Virus record (IMG/VR): IMGVR_UViG_3300021093_000004
Source of the DNA: a virus
Taxonomy: Duplodnaviria > Caudoviricetes
DNA length: 64,000 nt
Direction: 5' to 3' (one strand)
Positions 48,245-56,466 of this stretch are shown piece by piece (the stretch's first letter is position 1; the number at the start of each line of letters is the position of its first letter). A program made the translations under genes and the position numbers. A model generated the notes under the pieces. That model searched no databases and was not told where the DNA came from. It saw only the letters and a program-made list of their open reading frames with translations.

Positions 48245-50211
48245 TGCCCGAATATGTCAATCCGAATGCGTTTACCGTGCACTTGGCCGGACCCGATGGG
48301 AAGATTATCAAGGTAAAGAGCCGCCAGAAAGTGGTTTTGTCTGAATTCTACGAGAGGTATCGGACCAGGGGGTTTATTAAGCTAGTATCTGAGGTTCAAT
48401 CGCCGCCTGTTTCGGCTCAAATTGCTCCGACTAGGAAAATTCAGGCTAAAATCAATCTAACCACCCCAGTCAAGAGACGGCAACAACAATCGGCTACGCG
48501 ACCACCAGTCGCTCAGCCACAACCCCAGCCTCAGATTCCAAGCCAAGGACAGATAATTCAAAATCGCAAACAACGTCGAGAAGAAATCGCAAGAGCACGG
48601 AAGATTTCAAAAACTAAACCAGCAAAAACGGTAGTGAAGAGACCTCAAATAATTGGTCGGACGATTAATACGAATCCGACAGAACTGCTAAAATCGAATT
48701 TGGCGAGAGGCAACTATCCCATCAGCAATGGTGTCGGGGTTGGTATACTATCATTTAATCGGAAAGATGCTCTTCAACGCCTCGTCAATTCGATCATTGC
48801 CACAACCGATCTTCGTCGTACGACCATCTTTGTCAGTGATGACGGCAGTACAAATGAGGATATCAAAGCGTATCTCGACGAATTAGCACAAAATGATAAT
48901 TTTGTGATAATCAGAAACGAGAACAGGATTGGTATCGCCGGAAATACTAATCGATTGCTTCGCTGCTTGTCCAGATTCGCATATGGCATAATTTTAAATG
49001 ATGATATCGAAATTATGGGACAGGGGTGGGATACGTTCTATGTGGAGGCGATGGCGAAATCCGCAATGCACCATTTCATTTATCGTCAAGAAGGCGTATA
49101 TGGGGCGACACTTGGCAGTTCGAGAAAGATAAACGATGTCGACATAAGTATGGTGTCTGAAAGGCCGCACGGAGCGGTGCTGGCATTTACGAATCATATG
49201 CTTGAGAAATGTGGTTATTTTGATGAGGGATATGGCTTATACGGAATGGAGCATGTGGATTGGTCTAGAAAAGCATGGGAATTTGGATTGCAGCCAGAAG
49301 GCTTTTTCGACGTAGCCGGATCAGACCAGTTTTTCTATCTGCATTCTGATGTCTCTGCTGTTGAGAATCGGCAAACGTTGCTGAAAGATGCGAAGAAGAG
49401 ATTCGAGGAACGAATCATCCAACGCTGTGCTCCAACTGATGCATCACAGGTGCCGGAAATTAGTTATATTATTCCATTCAGAAATATTGGTCGCACTGAC
49501 GCAATAAGAAGTGTCGTCAACAATATTAGAAGCCAGCGGTTCCCTGTTATTAATATCTTGCTTGTAGAACAAGATGTCGAATCACGTATCACAGCTTCAG
49601 ACTTTAGTCCAGTTAATTACTATCTTGCTAGTGAGGTTAACAACCCGCTTTTTAACAAATCAATGGCGTTCAATTTTGCTGCATCGAAAGTCGCAACCCA
49701 ACGAGTGATACTTCACGACGCCGATACCATTGTTCAAGGGCATTATACTGCATCTGTGTACAAGACGCTTGATACTCATACGGCTTGTCACGTTGGTAAT
49801 GCTGTGATTTATGCAGACACTGCTTCCAGCGACATCATAAACGCGACGGGTCTTGTCACTAACGAAACTCGTTGTGAACGTGTAGTCGGATATTTTGAAG
49901 GTGGGTCACTTGCTTGTCATATGAAAACCTACTGGCAATGCGGAGCCTTTAATGAAGATTTTTGGGGATATGGCTGCGAGGATTGTGATTTTTATGCTCG
50001 ATTATCAGCAAATAGTGTGTGGTCGGAAGACCGCGTATTTGACTTCTTGCACTTGTGGCACGGACGAGTAGCGGGATGGAACATGCACCACGAGACTAAT
50101 CGGCGTATTGAAGCAGCACTGACTAGCCGTCAGATGTATGAACGAGTTCAGCTTCAATATTCGCAACTCCATCGGTTAGGATATGGGCATTTCATCTCCA
50201 AATCTGAATGA
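48244..50211 (+). CDS. tandem GT2/GT7-like glycosyltransferase with low-complexity N-terminal region
   Basis: VGILSFNR...VSDDGS...ILNDD...YGMEHVDW; second domain YIIPFR...FNKS...LHDAD...WGYGCEDCDF. Confidence 0.88.
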   Translation: MPEYVNPNAFTVHLAGPDGKIIKVKSRQKVVLSEFYERYRTRGFIKLVSEVQSPPVSAQIAPTRKIQAKINLTTPVKRRQQQSATRPPVAQPQPQPQIPSQGQIIQNRKQRREEIARARKISKTKPAKTVVKRPQIIGRTINTNPTELLKSNLARGNYPISNGVGVGILSFNRKDALQRLVNSIIATTDLRRTTIFVSDDGSTNEDIKAYLDELAQNDNFVIIRNENRIGIAGNTNRLLRCLSRFAYGIILNDDIEIMGQGWDTFYVEAMAKSAMHHFIYRQEGVYGATLGSSRKINDVDISMVSERPHGAVLAFTNHMLEKCGYFDEGYGLYGMEHVDWSRKAWEFGLQPEGFFDVAGSDQFFYLHSDVSAVENRQTLLKDAKKRFEERIIQRCAPTDASQVPEISYIIPFRNIGRTDAIRSVVNNIRSQRFPVINILLVEQDVESRITASDFSPVNYYLASEVNNPLFNKSMAFNFAASKVATQRVILHDADTIVQGHYTASVYKTLDTHTACHVGNAVIYADTASSDIINATGLVTNETRCERVVGYFEGGSLACHMKTYWQCGAFNEDFWGYGCEDCDFYARLSANSVWSEDRVFDFLHLWHGRVAGWNMHHETNRRIEAALTSRQMYERVQLQYSQLHRLGYGHFISKSE

Positions 50212-50410
50212 TATTATCAAATTCGTGGTGGTTACTTCTGAAGCCGCTGAGTTCTGCATGCGCCGTGGGATAACAGGAAAAGTTGTCGGACAACATGGCC
50301 CCATGCTGGAAATAGACGTTGGGTTTGGGTATAATATTTATACCCATTTACCTGAAGTTGAAGTCGTTGCAGTGCGATCAGAGATTCCGATTCCGGAGGA
50401 TGTAACATGA
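50183..50410 (+). CDS. small hypothetical protein
   Basis: 75 aa ORF in operon. Confidence 0.55.
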   Translation: MGISSPNLNDIIKFVVVTSEAAEFCMRRGITGKVVGQHGPMLEIDVGFGYNIYTHLPEVEVVAVRSEIPIPEDVT

Positions 50411-51354
50411 AAGTATTAGTCTGCCATCGTCCCGGTGGTGCGTTCGGATATATTAGTGACAGTTGGATTAATGCCCTACGAGATAAAGGGCATACGGTTC
50501 AACGCTGGGATGGGCATGACCACTCATGGCATGATTTTTCGCCGAATTTGTATATCGGGTGCTCTGGGCATAAACAGCCGATTCCACATCAACGGTCTGC
50601 GAAAATCGCTATCCATGTGAATCCCTATGGTCCGACAAAAATTCAGGGCATTGCTGAGTCCGATGAGAATATTCGTTGGACATTAAATCAAAAGCCCGAT
50701 GTGGTGTTCGGGTATGGTCACGAAGACGACCGAATTTTGTGGTCTTATTGGACTCAAAAACATGATATTCCGTGGGTTCCGATGCCGACCGCTGGAGATA
50801 AGACGCTGTTTCATCAATCTTCAGAAAATGATAAACAATATGATATTGTGTATCTTGGGGGTCGATGGCAGTACAAGGGTCTAATCATTGATGCTTATCT
50901 TATTCCATTCCTACAACAATCGAATAATTATAAACTTCACGGGTGGGGAGATTGGCCATCTAATATCTGTTCTGGGATTCTTGCAGAAGACCAAGTGAAC
51001 CGATTTCTTGGGAGTGGGCGTGTTGGTCCATGCATCTCGGAACGCCATACTCACGAATATGGCATCGATATTCCGGAGCGAGCATTCAAAGTTGCTCTAT
51101 GTGGTACGTTGGTGGTCCATGATGCAGTGGTTGCTATTCGCAGAATGATTCCATCCGCAATCATTGCAACCAATCCGGATCAATTTCGCAACTATTGTCT
51201 TCATTTCGCTAAACCGGAAAACGCTGCGGAAAGAATTGAAGTTACAAATCGCCAACGGAACGAAGTTTTGGAGGCACATACATACCATCATAGGATGGCG
51301 ACATTATTTGCCGCATTAGGGTTTCATACTGAAGCACAGCAAATGCTTTCATGA
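50407..51354 (+). CDS. CgeB-like GT-B glycosyltransferase
   Basis: YDIVYLGGR, IPERAFKVALCG, HTYHHRM. Confidence 0.8.
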   Translation: MKVLVCHRPGGAFGYISDSWINALRDKGHTVQRWDGHDHSWHDFSPNLYIGCSGHKQPIPHQRSAKIAIHVNPYGPTKIQGIAESDENIRWTLNQKPDVVFGYGHEDDRILWSYWTQKHDIPWVPMPTAGDKTLFHQSSENDKQYDIVYLGGRWQYKGLIIDAYLIPFLQQSNNYKLHGWGDWPSNICSGILAEDQVNRFLGSGRVGPCISERHTHEYGIDIPERAFKVALCGTLVVHDAVVAIRRMIPSAIIATNPDQFRNYCLHFAKPENAAERIEVTNRQRNEVLEAHTYHHRMATLFAALGFHTEAQQMLS

Positions 51355-51369
51355 TGTCTGGGAGACACA

Positions 51370-52017
51370 ATGGCTCTGGCGACCGATAAGTGTATTTTCC
51401 TGCACATTCCGAAAACCGGTGGAATTTGGATTCGCCATGTTTTCAAAGTGTGTGGAATCCCTCATTATGAAATCGGTGAGCAACACTCTCATTTTCCTTT
51501 TCTATTCAATCTTCAGCCGCCAGAATTTTATAAAAATCACTATATCTTCACATTTGTTCGGCATCCGTTGACTTGGTATCAATCGAGATGGGCATTTCGA
51601 GTTAAGTATGGATGGCGAGCACAGCATCCTCTTGATTTTAATGCCGCATCAAACGATTTCCATGTTTTCATAGAGAATGTACTCAACTACAAGCCGAACG
51701 GTTGGGTTACATGGGAATATCTGAATTATATTGATGAAGTTCCGAACAAGATCGATTTTGTTGGCAGGATGGAAAACCTTGTGGAAGACACCATCTTCGC
51801 TTTGCGTGCTGCGGGTGAACGCTTTAGTGAGAATGCGGTTCGTTCGATTCCCCGTATTAATGATTCCGATATGGACGGCCACTCTTCGAAATATTGGGCA
51901 ACTTATACACCGGCATTAGTGGACAGAGTTTTGGCTGTTGACGGTGAGATCATTCGCAGATATTATCACGGATTTAATCTTGATCCCAGTATCCTTTGCA
52001 AACCCCGTCCGTATTGA
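51370..52017 (+). CDS. sulfotransferase family 2
   Basis: FLHIPKTGG, FTFVRHP...S, FVGRMENL. Confidence 0.85.
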   Translation: MALATDKCIFLHIPKTGGIWIRHVFKVCGIPHYEIGEQHSHFPFLFNLQPPEFYKNHYIFTFVRHPLTWYQSRWAFRVKYGWRAQHPLDFNAASNDFHVFIENVLNYKPNGWVTWEYLNYIDEVPNKIDFVGRMENLVEDTIFALRAAGERFSENAVRSIPRINDSDMDGHSSKYWATYTPALVDRVLAVDGEIIRRYYHGFNLDPSILCKPRPY

Positions 52018-52699
52018 CATGCTTTAATTTCCACTCTTGATATCCAGGCCCATCGTCTTGACGAAGATGCAGGACGTGAACGTTGGCAGCAATCCCTATG
52101 AAACGGTCCTGATTCGCCGCCGCTTTGCATAATTTTCCGTCATCGCTCCCATATAACTGATTTTGAGAATACCCACCAACACTCTCGAAGAATTCTCGAT
52201 CAATCAAGAATAACGGCCCCGCTGTGTGCCGATTGTAATATATCTCATCGACTATGTGATAGAATATTTTCTGGTTATGCATCACCAGATCACTCTTCTG
52301 TGTAATGAACCATTCGCCATACTTGTTCATGATAACAGGAGCGAGAATTCCGAATGGAACTGCTATTTTCTTTCTGGCCGCATAGAGTCTGGGCAGCCAA
52401 TTCGGGTATACCTCAATATCGGCGTCAATCGAAATAAAGTAATCAGATGATGTGGACTGCATGATTTGTGGATACCATCTCATTACACCGATACCTTTCC
52501 CCACGTTTGTTTCATTTCGATAAATAGTGACTTTTGGGTGGGACTCGTATTTGTCGAGAAATGCGTCAAGTCCTCCATGCGAATTATCGATAATAGATAG
52601 ATGGAAAGGTACAGCGGTGTTGTTGAGGACGGATTGTACTGATCGCTCGAAATCGTTCGGACGGAAGTACGATATCATAATTATTTGCACAGCATCCAT
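51974..52699 (-). CDS. GT2 glycosyltransferase
   Basis: IIDNS, NVGKG, SIDADI, YGSDD. Confidence 0.82.
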   Translation of the reverse strand: MDAVQIIMISYFRPNDFERSVQSVLNNTAVPFHLSIIDNSHGGLDAFLDKYESHPKVTIYRNETNVGKGIGVMRWYPQIMQSTSSDYFISIDADIEVYPNWLPRLYAARKKIAVPFGILAPVIMNKYGEWFITQKSDLVMHNQKIFYHIVDEIYYNRHTAGPLFLIDREFFESVGGYSQNQLYGSDDGKLCKAAANQDRFIGIAANVHVLHLRQDDGPGYQEWKLKHVNTDGVCKGYWDQD

Positions 52700-52714
52700 A
52701 CATTATGGTACGTC

Positions 52715-53194
52715 ATGATTGAGCAAAAAGGCGATATTTGGGAGTTTTACTACGAAGTTCGATGGCTCGTAATAACGACGAACATTGGATGGAAGAAAGA
52801 CGGAACTAACCCAATGGGCGCAGGGATTGCGAAACAAGCTGCCGATATGTTCCCAGACATGCCTGAATGGTATGGGGCAAGATGTAAAAAATTCGGAGCG
52901 AATACCGCTGTTGCTCCCTATGATCCGGCACGATTTTTTCTGTTTCCAACCAAGCCTCTCGATGAGGATAAACCGTGGATGTCTTGGCAGAACATGTCCA
53001 CGGTTGCATTAATAACTCGGTCGGCTAAACAATTATCTGCTTTGGTTGATATATTATCGAAGAGGAAAAATCACTTCTTCACTAAAATCGGCTTACCTAT
53101 GGTCGGATGTGAGAACGGGGGCTTACGCCCCCGTGATGTGTTGCCGATTTTACACGAGCTTCTTGATGATAGGTTCGTGCTATTTCAGAAATGA
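52715..53194 (+). CDS. macrodomain (ADP-ribose-binding/hydrolase) protein
   Basis: KGDIW, VITTN, MGAGIAKQ, FPTK, LPMVGCENGGL. Confidence 0.85.
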   Translation: MIEQKGDIWEFYYEVRWLVITTNIGWKKDGTNPMGAGIAKQAADMFPDMPEWYGARCKKFGANTAVAPYDPARFFLFPTKPLDEDKPWMSWQNMSTVALITRSAKQLSALVDILSKRKNHFFTKIGLPMVGCENGGLRPRDVLPILHELLDDRFVLFQK

Positions 53195-53425
53195 CTATCT
53201 GACGACGTAGGTAAGTAGACCGAGATGACGCAACTGCTCAAGCTGCCCTTGGTCCAGGCGACGGCTCTCGATGGAGAATTCGGCTCCTGGAGCAATCGGC
53301 ATCTGGGATGCTGTCGCAGATGGGATATCAGACCCACTGGCAGCATTGGCAGTTGGGATGCTGTTAACGAGAATGGGGACAACTTGCTTCGAAACATTCG
53401 TAATTGTCGTCAGGCTGGTTGCCAT
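53195..53425 (-). CDS. small hypothetical protein
   Basis: 76 aa ATG ORF, convergent on the macrodomain gene. Confidence 0.55.
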   Translation of the reverse strand: MATSLTTITNVSKQVVPILVNSIPTANAASGSDIPSATASQMPIAPGAEFSIESRRLDQGQLEQLRHLGLLTYVVR

Positions 53426-53462
53426 CGTATTTCTCCTGAGTATTTATTGTAATTGGGCCGCT

Positions 53463-54317
53463 ATGCCAGAAATCTCGATCATAACCTGCATTTCTCGACC
53501 AGACGTTTATAATAAATGTTTGCTTGATTCTATCAACAAAAATCGAAAAAACCACGACATTGAAATAATTCCAATTATCAACAATGATAATAAGTATTCT
53601 GCTAGCAACGCATTAAATATTGGAATCGATGTGGCGAGGTCGAATATTCTCGTTTTTGCCCATCAAGATGTTCGACTTCTCCATGGCTGGTTTGACAGAC
53701 TCGTAGACGCCTTGTCTAAGTTAGATGATAATTGGGGTGTTATCGGGTCTGCTGGAATCGCGTTGCAGTATGGAAGAAATGACATCGGGCGGTGGGGCGG
53801 GTCCGTAGATGTCCAAACAGTTGCTGTGGGATCGGTGTGGGATACCGATGAAAACCTGACACAACCACCATATTGGGATGGAATCAAAGAAATCACTCCG
53901 GTTCACTGTATCGACGAATGCGTCTTTGTACTAAATCGTCGAACCGGTCTCCGCTTCGATTCAATGTTTACCGGGTTCCATTTCTATGGCGTGGATATGT
54001 GTTTGCAAGCACGTGCCGCCGCATATTCGGTTTATGGCACACACTTACCAATGATCCATTATGGACAATATTCCGCCAGCTTCACTGGCGATAGGAAATA
54101 TTGGGTATATTTTCGATTCCTGCATCATAAATGGTCTAGGCGGTTCCCGGAACTGCTCGGTACGCACATGCATTGGGCACCGGGAGAGTTGACGAGTTAC
54201 ATATCGATAGGTCTCGAAGACGATGAATCTGGAACGACGGTCCAACTGAAAGCCATGGGAATAGATAAATCCAGATTCCGCAATGATAAAGACAGAGGGT
54301 TTATAGATGAGGTGTAA
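53463..54317 (+). CDS. GT2-like glycosyltransferase
   Basis: ISIITC, SASNALN, FAHQDV, GFHFYGVDMCLQ. Confidence 0.82.
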   Translation: MPEISIITCISRPDVYNKCLLDSINKNRKNHDIEIIPIINNDNKYSASNALNIGIDVARSNILVFAHQDVRLLHGWFDRLVDALSKLDDNWGVIGSAGIALQYGRNDIGRWGGSVDVQTVAVGSVWDTDENLTQPPYWDGIKEITPVHCIDECVFVLNRRTGLRFDSMFTGFHFYGVDMCLQARAAAYSVYGTHLPMIHYGQYSASFTGDRKYWVYFRFLHHKWSRRFPELLGTHMHWAPGELTSYISIGLEDDESGTTVQLKAMGIDKSRFRNDKDRGFIDEV

Positions 54318-54319
54318 TC

Positions 54320-55207
54320 TTGATTAAAGCTATAATCCTGTGCCATCCACAATCTAAAGACCTACTGTCCAAAAAGGCTTTCCACAGTTCTCTTGTGACG
54401 CCCATTCGTATTGCGTGCGGGACTACCAAACCAAAGGGTGTTGATTACTATGAATCAAATGACTTCTTTCCAACATATGCGTCATGGAATTCCGCGCTGT
54501 TCGAAACTTCGGTTATCTTAACAACGTGGGAACATGCGGATCAATTAATCGGCGACGATCACGTTGCGATCATGCATACTGATGTCACTCTTCACTTTAG
54601 AGCGGGAGAGACTTGGAAGAGATTGCACAAATCTTTAGAATCAGAACCAGACAGACCGATAGGGTTAACTGTTGCTTCTGCGTACCAAAACATGTGGGAT
54701 GAATGGATGGTGCCAGACAATGCACCATTTACTCCAAAATTCGATCCACAGAAAATACACGCATTTGATAATGAGATTTTTGTCTGGGATTTTATCAAGA
54801 AATATGATCAAGATATTCACGATTGGGCGATGGATACTAACCCCAAGTTAATCTATTCACATCAATTTGCGTGCACTAGGCCGATGTTCGATCAATTGGG
54901 CAACCGGCTTTATGCGGTTGCCCATCGGTTACGTCTGTCCGATATTGGCTTTTGGACGCCACACATGTTCGAGAGATTGATTGCTCTTTATTTGGCTAAA
55001 CTTGGTAAGCCGATTTTGACAACGGCTTTTTGGCATTATTCATCATCAGGTACGTTCGGACCCGGTGAATTTAGTCTTTATGGTCCACGAGCATTTCGAT
55101 ATTATCGGGTATACACGCGATGGAATGAGCAGAAACTGCTAGGTTCTACGGCAGACAGCCTTGAATTAGTGCCAGAAATGCCGCCTCAACCGATTCAAAG
55201 AATGTAG
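54320..55207 (+). CDS. hypothetical protein, possibly glycan-related
   Basis: HTD and MFERL motifs; located in the GT cluster. Confidence 0.6.
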   Translation: MIKAIILCHPQSKDLLSKKAFHSSLVTPIRIACGTTKPKGVDYYESNDFFPTYASWNSALFETSVILTTWEHADQLIGDDHVAIMHTDVTLHFRAGETWKRLHKSLESEPDRPIGLTVASAYQNMWDEWMVPDNAPFTPKFDPQKIHAFDNEIFVWDFIKKYDQDIHDWAMDTNPKLIYSHQFACTRPMFDQLGNRLYAVAHRLRLSDIGFWTPHMFERLIALYLAKLGKPILTTAFWHYSSSGTFGPGEFSLYGPRAFRYYRVYTRWNEQKLLGSTADSLELVPEMPPQPIQRM

Positions 55208-55499
55208 GGTCAAGATCGTCGATTGATTCGATGCCAACATTGATATTTAATGGAATATTGATGCTGATGGTTTTCGAGACCCAATCCAGTTCGCATGGAT
55301 CTAATCTAACGTCTGTCCCCCATTTGACCCCAGGAAGGTCCTTTCCGGGTTTCCGTTTGACTATTGCATAGATATACGCATCAAAGTGGTCCACGACCGG
55401 TGGTAGTGCTTGTAAAAAGGGTGTTGTGACTCTTCTTACGATTCTGATTTCTTTGGTATTACGATCCATATGGTTATGTACTGGGAGATCCAATGACAC
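55146..55499 (-). CDS. hypothetical protein
   Basis: 117 aa ORF. Confidence 0.5.
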   Translation of the reverse strand: MSLDLPVHNHMDRNTKEIRIVRRVTTPFLQALPPVVDHFDAYIYAIVKRKPGKDLPGVKWGTDVRLDPCELDWVSKTISINIPLNINVGIESIDDLDPTFFESVEAAFLALIQGCLP

Positions 55500-55831
55500 A
55501 ACTTGATCCGCAATTGGTAGCAGCAGAAGCTCTTGAACTCCAAAAAGCCATTAATGGCCTTTTGGCTGATTTGGAAGAGAAAAAGACTCAATTACGAACT
55601 ATCGCAGACGGTAATCCGCTCAAAATAGTTGTGCCGGGATCTGGAGAAGTGAGCGTGTCTCGCCCTCGAAAGGGTGGAGAGAAAACAGGTACGAGAATCA
55701 AGCTGGTCGTGGATCGTCTTAATCTTGTGCCGGAACTTAAGAATCGTCTTCTTGAAAAAGGCGTTCTTGTTGAGGAAGATACGATCTCTACACCCGCTGC
55801 TGCATCGGTCGCGATTAAACCGAACGTCTAA
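55493..55831 (+). CDS. hypothetical protein
   Basis: GGAG SD; coiled-coil N-terminus. Confidence 0.65.
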   Translation: MTQLDPQLVAAEALELQKAINGLLADLEEKKTQLRTIADGNPLKIVVPGSGEVSVSRPRKGGEKTGTRIKLVVDRLNLVPELKNRLLEKGVLVEEDTISTPAAASVAIKPNV

Positions 55832-55965
55832 GATATTCTTCGAAGGTAGTATTGATGGTTGGATTCGTGAACGATGTCCGCATGTCGAAATTGTTCATGT
55901 GCGTCTAACTCCGTCAAGTTAATAGATAACTGATTGGAAGTGTGCGAACACTTTATTGTGTCGTA

Positions 55966-56084
55966 CCCGGTGTAGCTCAGCCCGAAAGGGGGCTAACTGT
56001 TTGTGGTAAACCGCTTACAGTGGTAGCCCAGAGCGGACCTCTAACGGAGGTAAGGTCGCGGGTGCAAATCCTAGCCATCGGCCA
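55966..56084 (+). ncRNA. tRNA-like RNA with an expanded D-loop
   Basis: T8-A9-GCTC-AG start, TGGTA...GAGC, stem ACCT/AGGT around loop CTAACGG, AGGTC variable loop, G-TGCAAAT-C T-loop, CCGGTG/CATCGG acceptor pairing followed by CCA. Confidence 0.55.
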
Positions 56085-56167
56085 GGCTTGAGAGCCGTAA
56101 GGTGAGAATGGTAAACCATTCGATCCCCAAGGCTCTCAAGCGTATTTTGATTCTTCAAGGCAGAGAT

Positions 56168-56422
56168 ATGACCCGTGATCAAGTCGAAACCAAAATTGCT
56201 GAAATATTAGATCACGCACTTGGGATTGATCGCGACGAAATAGCTTCTAATGCTTTAATCCAACGTGACCTTGGTGCCGATTCACTCGATATGTTGGAAA
56301 TCAAATTCAGGCTTGGAGAGGTATTTGATCTTAATATTCGTGAAATCGAGTTCGACAATATATCCAATATGCTTACTGTGTCTGGGTTGGTCGATTTTAT
56401 AAACACGAAATTAACGAAATAA
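56168..56422 (+). CDS. acpP: acyl carrier protein
   Basis: DLGADSLD phosphopantetheine site, TVSGLVDFI; acidic, 84 aa. Confidence 0.88.
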   Translation: MTRDQVETKIAEILDHALGIDRDEIASNALIQRDLGADSLDMLEIKFRLGEVFDLNIREIEFDNISNMLTVSGLVDFINTKLTK

Positions 56423-56466
56423 GAATTCGTTGACACAGTGATATAGAATGTATTTTGATCCACCAG

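Noticed and set aside
56038-56047. Amber-suppressor (CUA) anticodon and TAG recoding
   Set aside because: Centring the loop on CTA breaks the stem; conserved genes are intact in code 11 and several end in TAG
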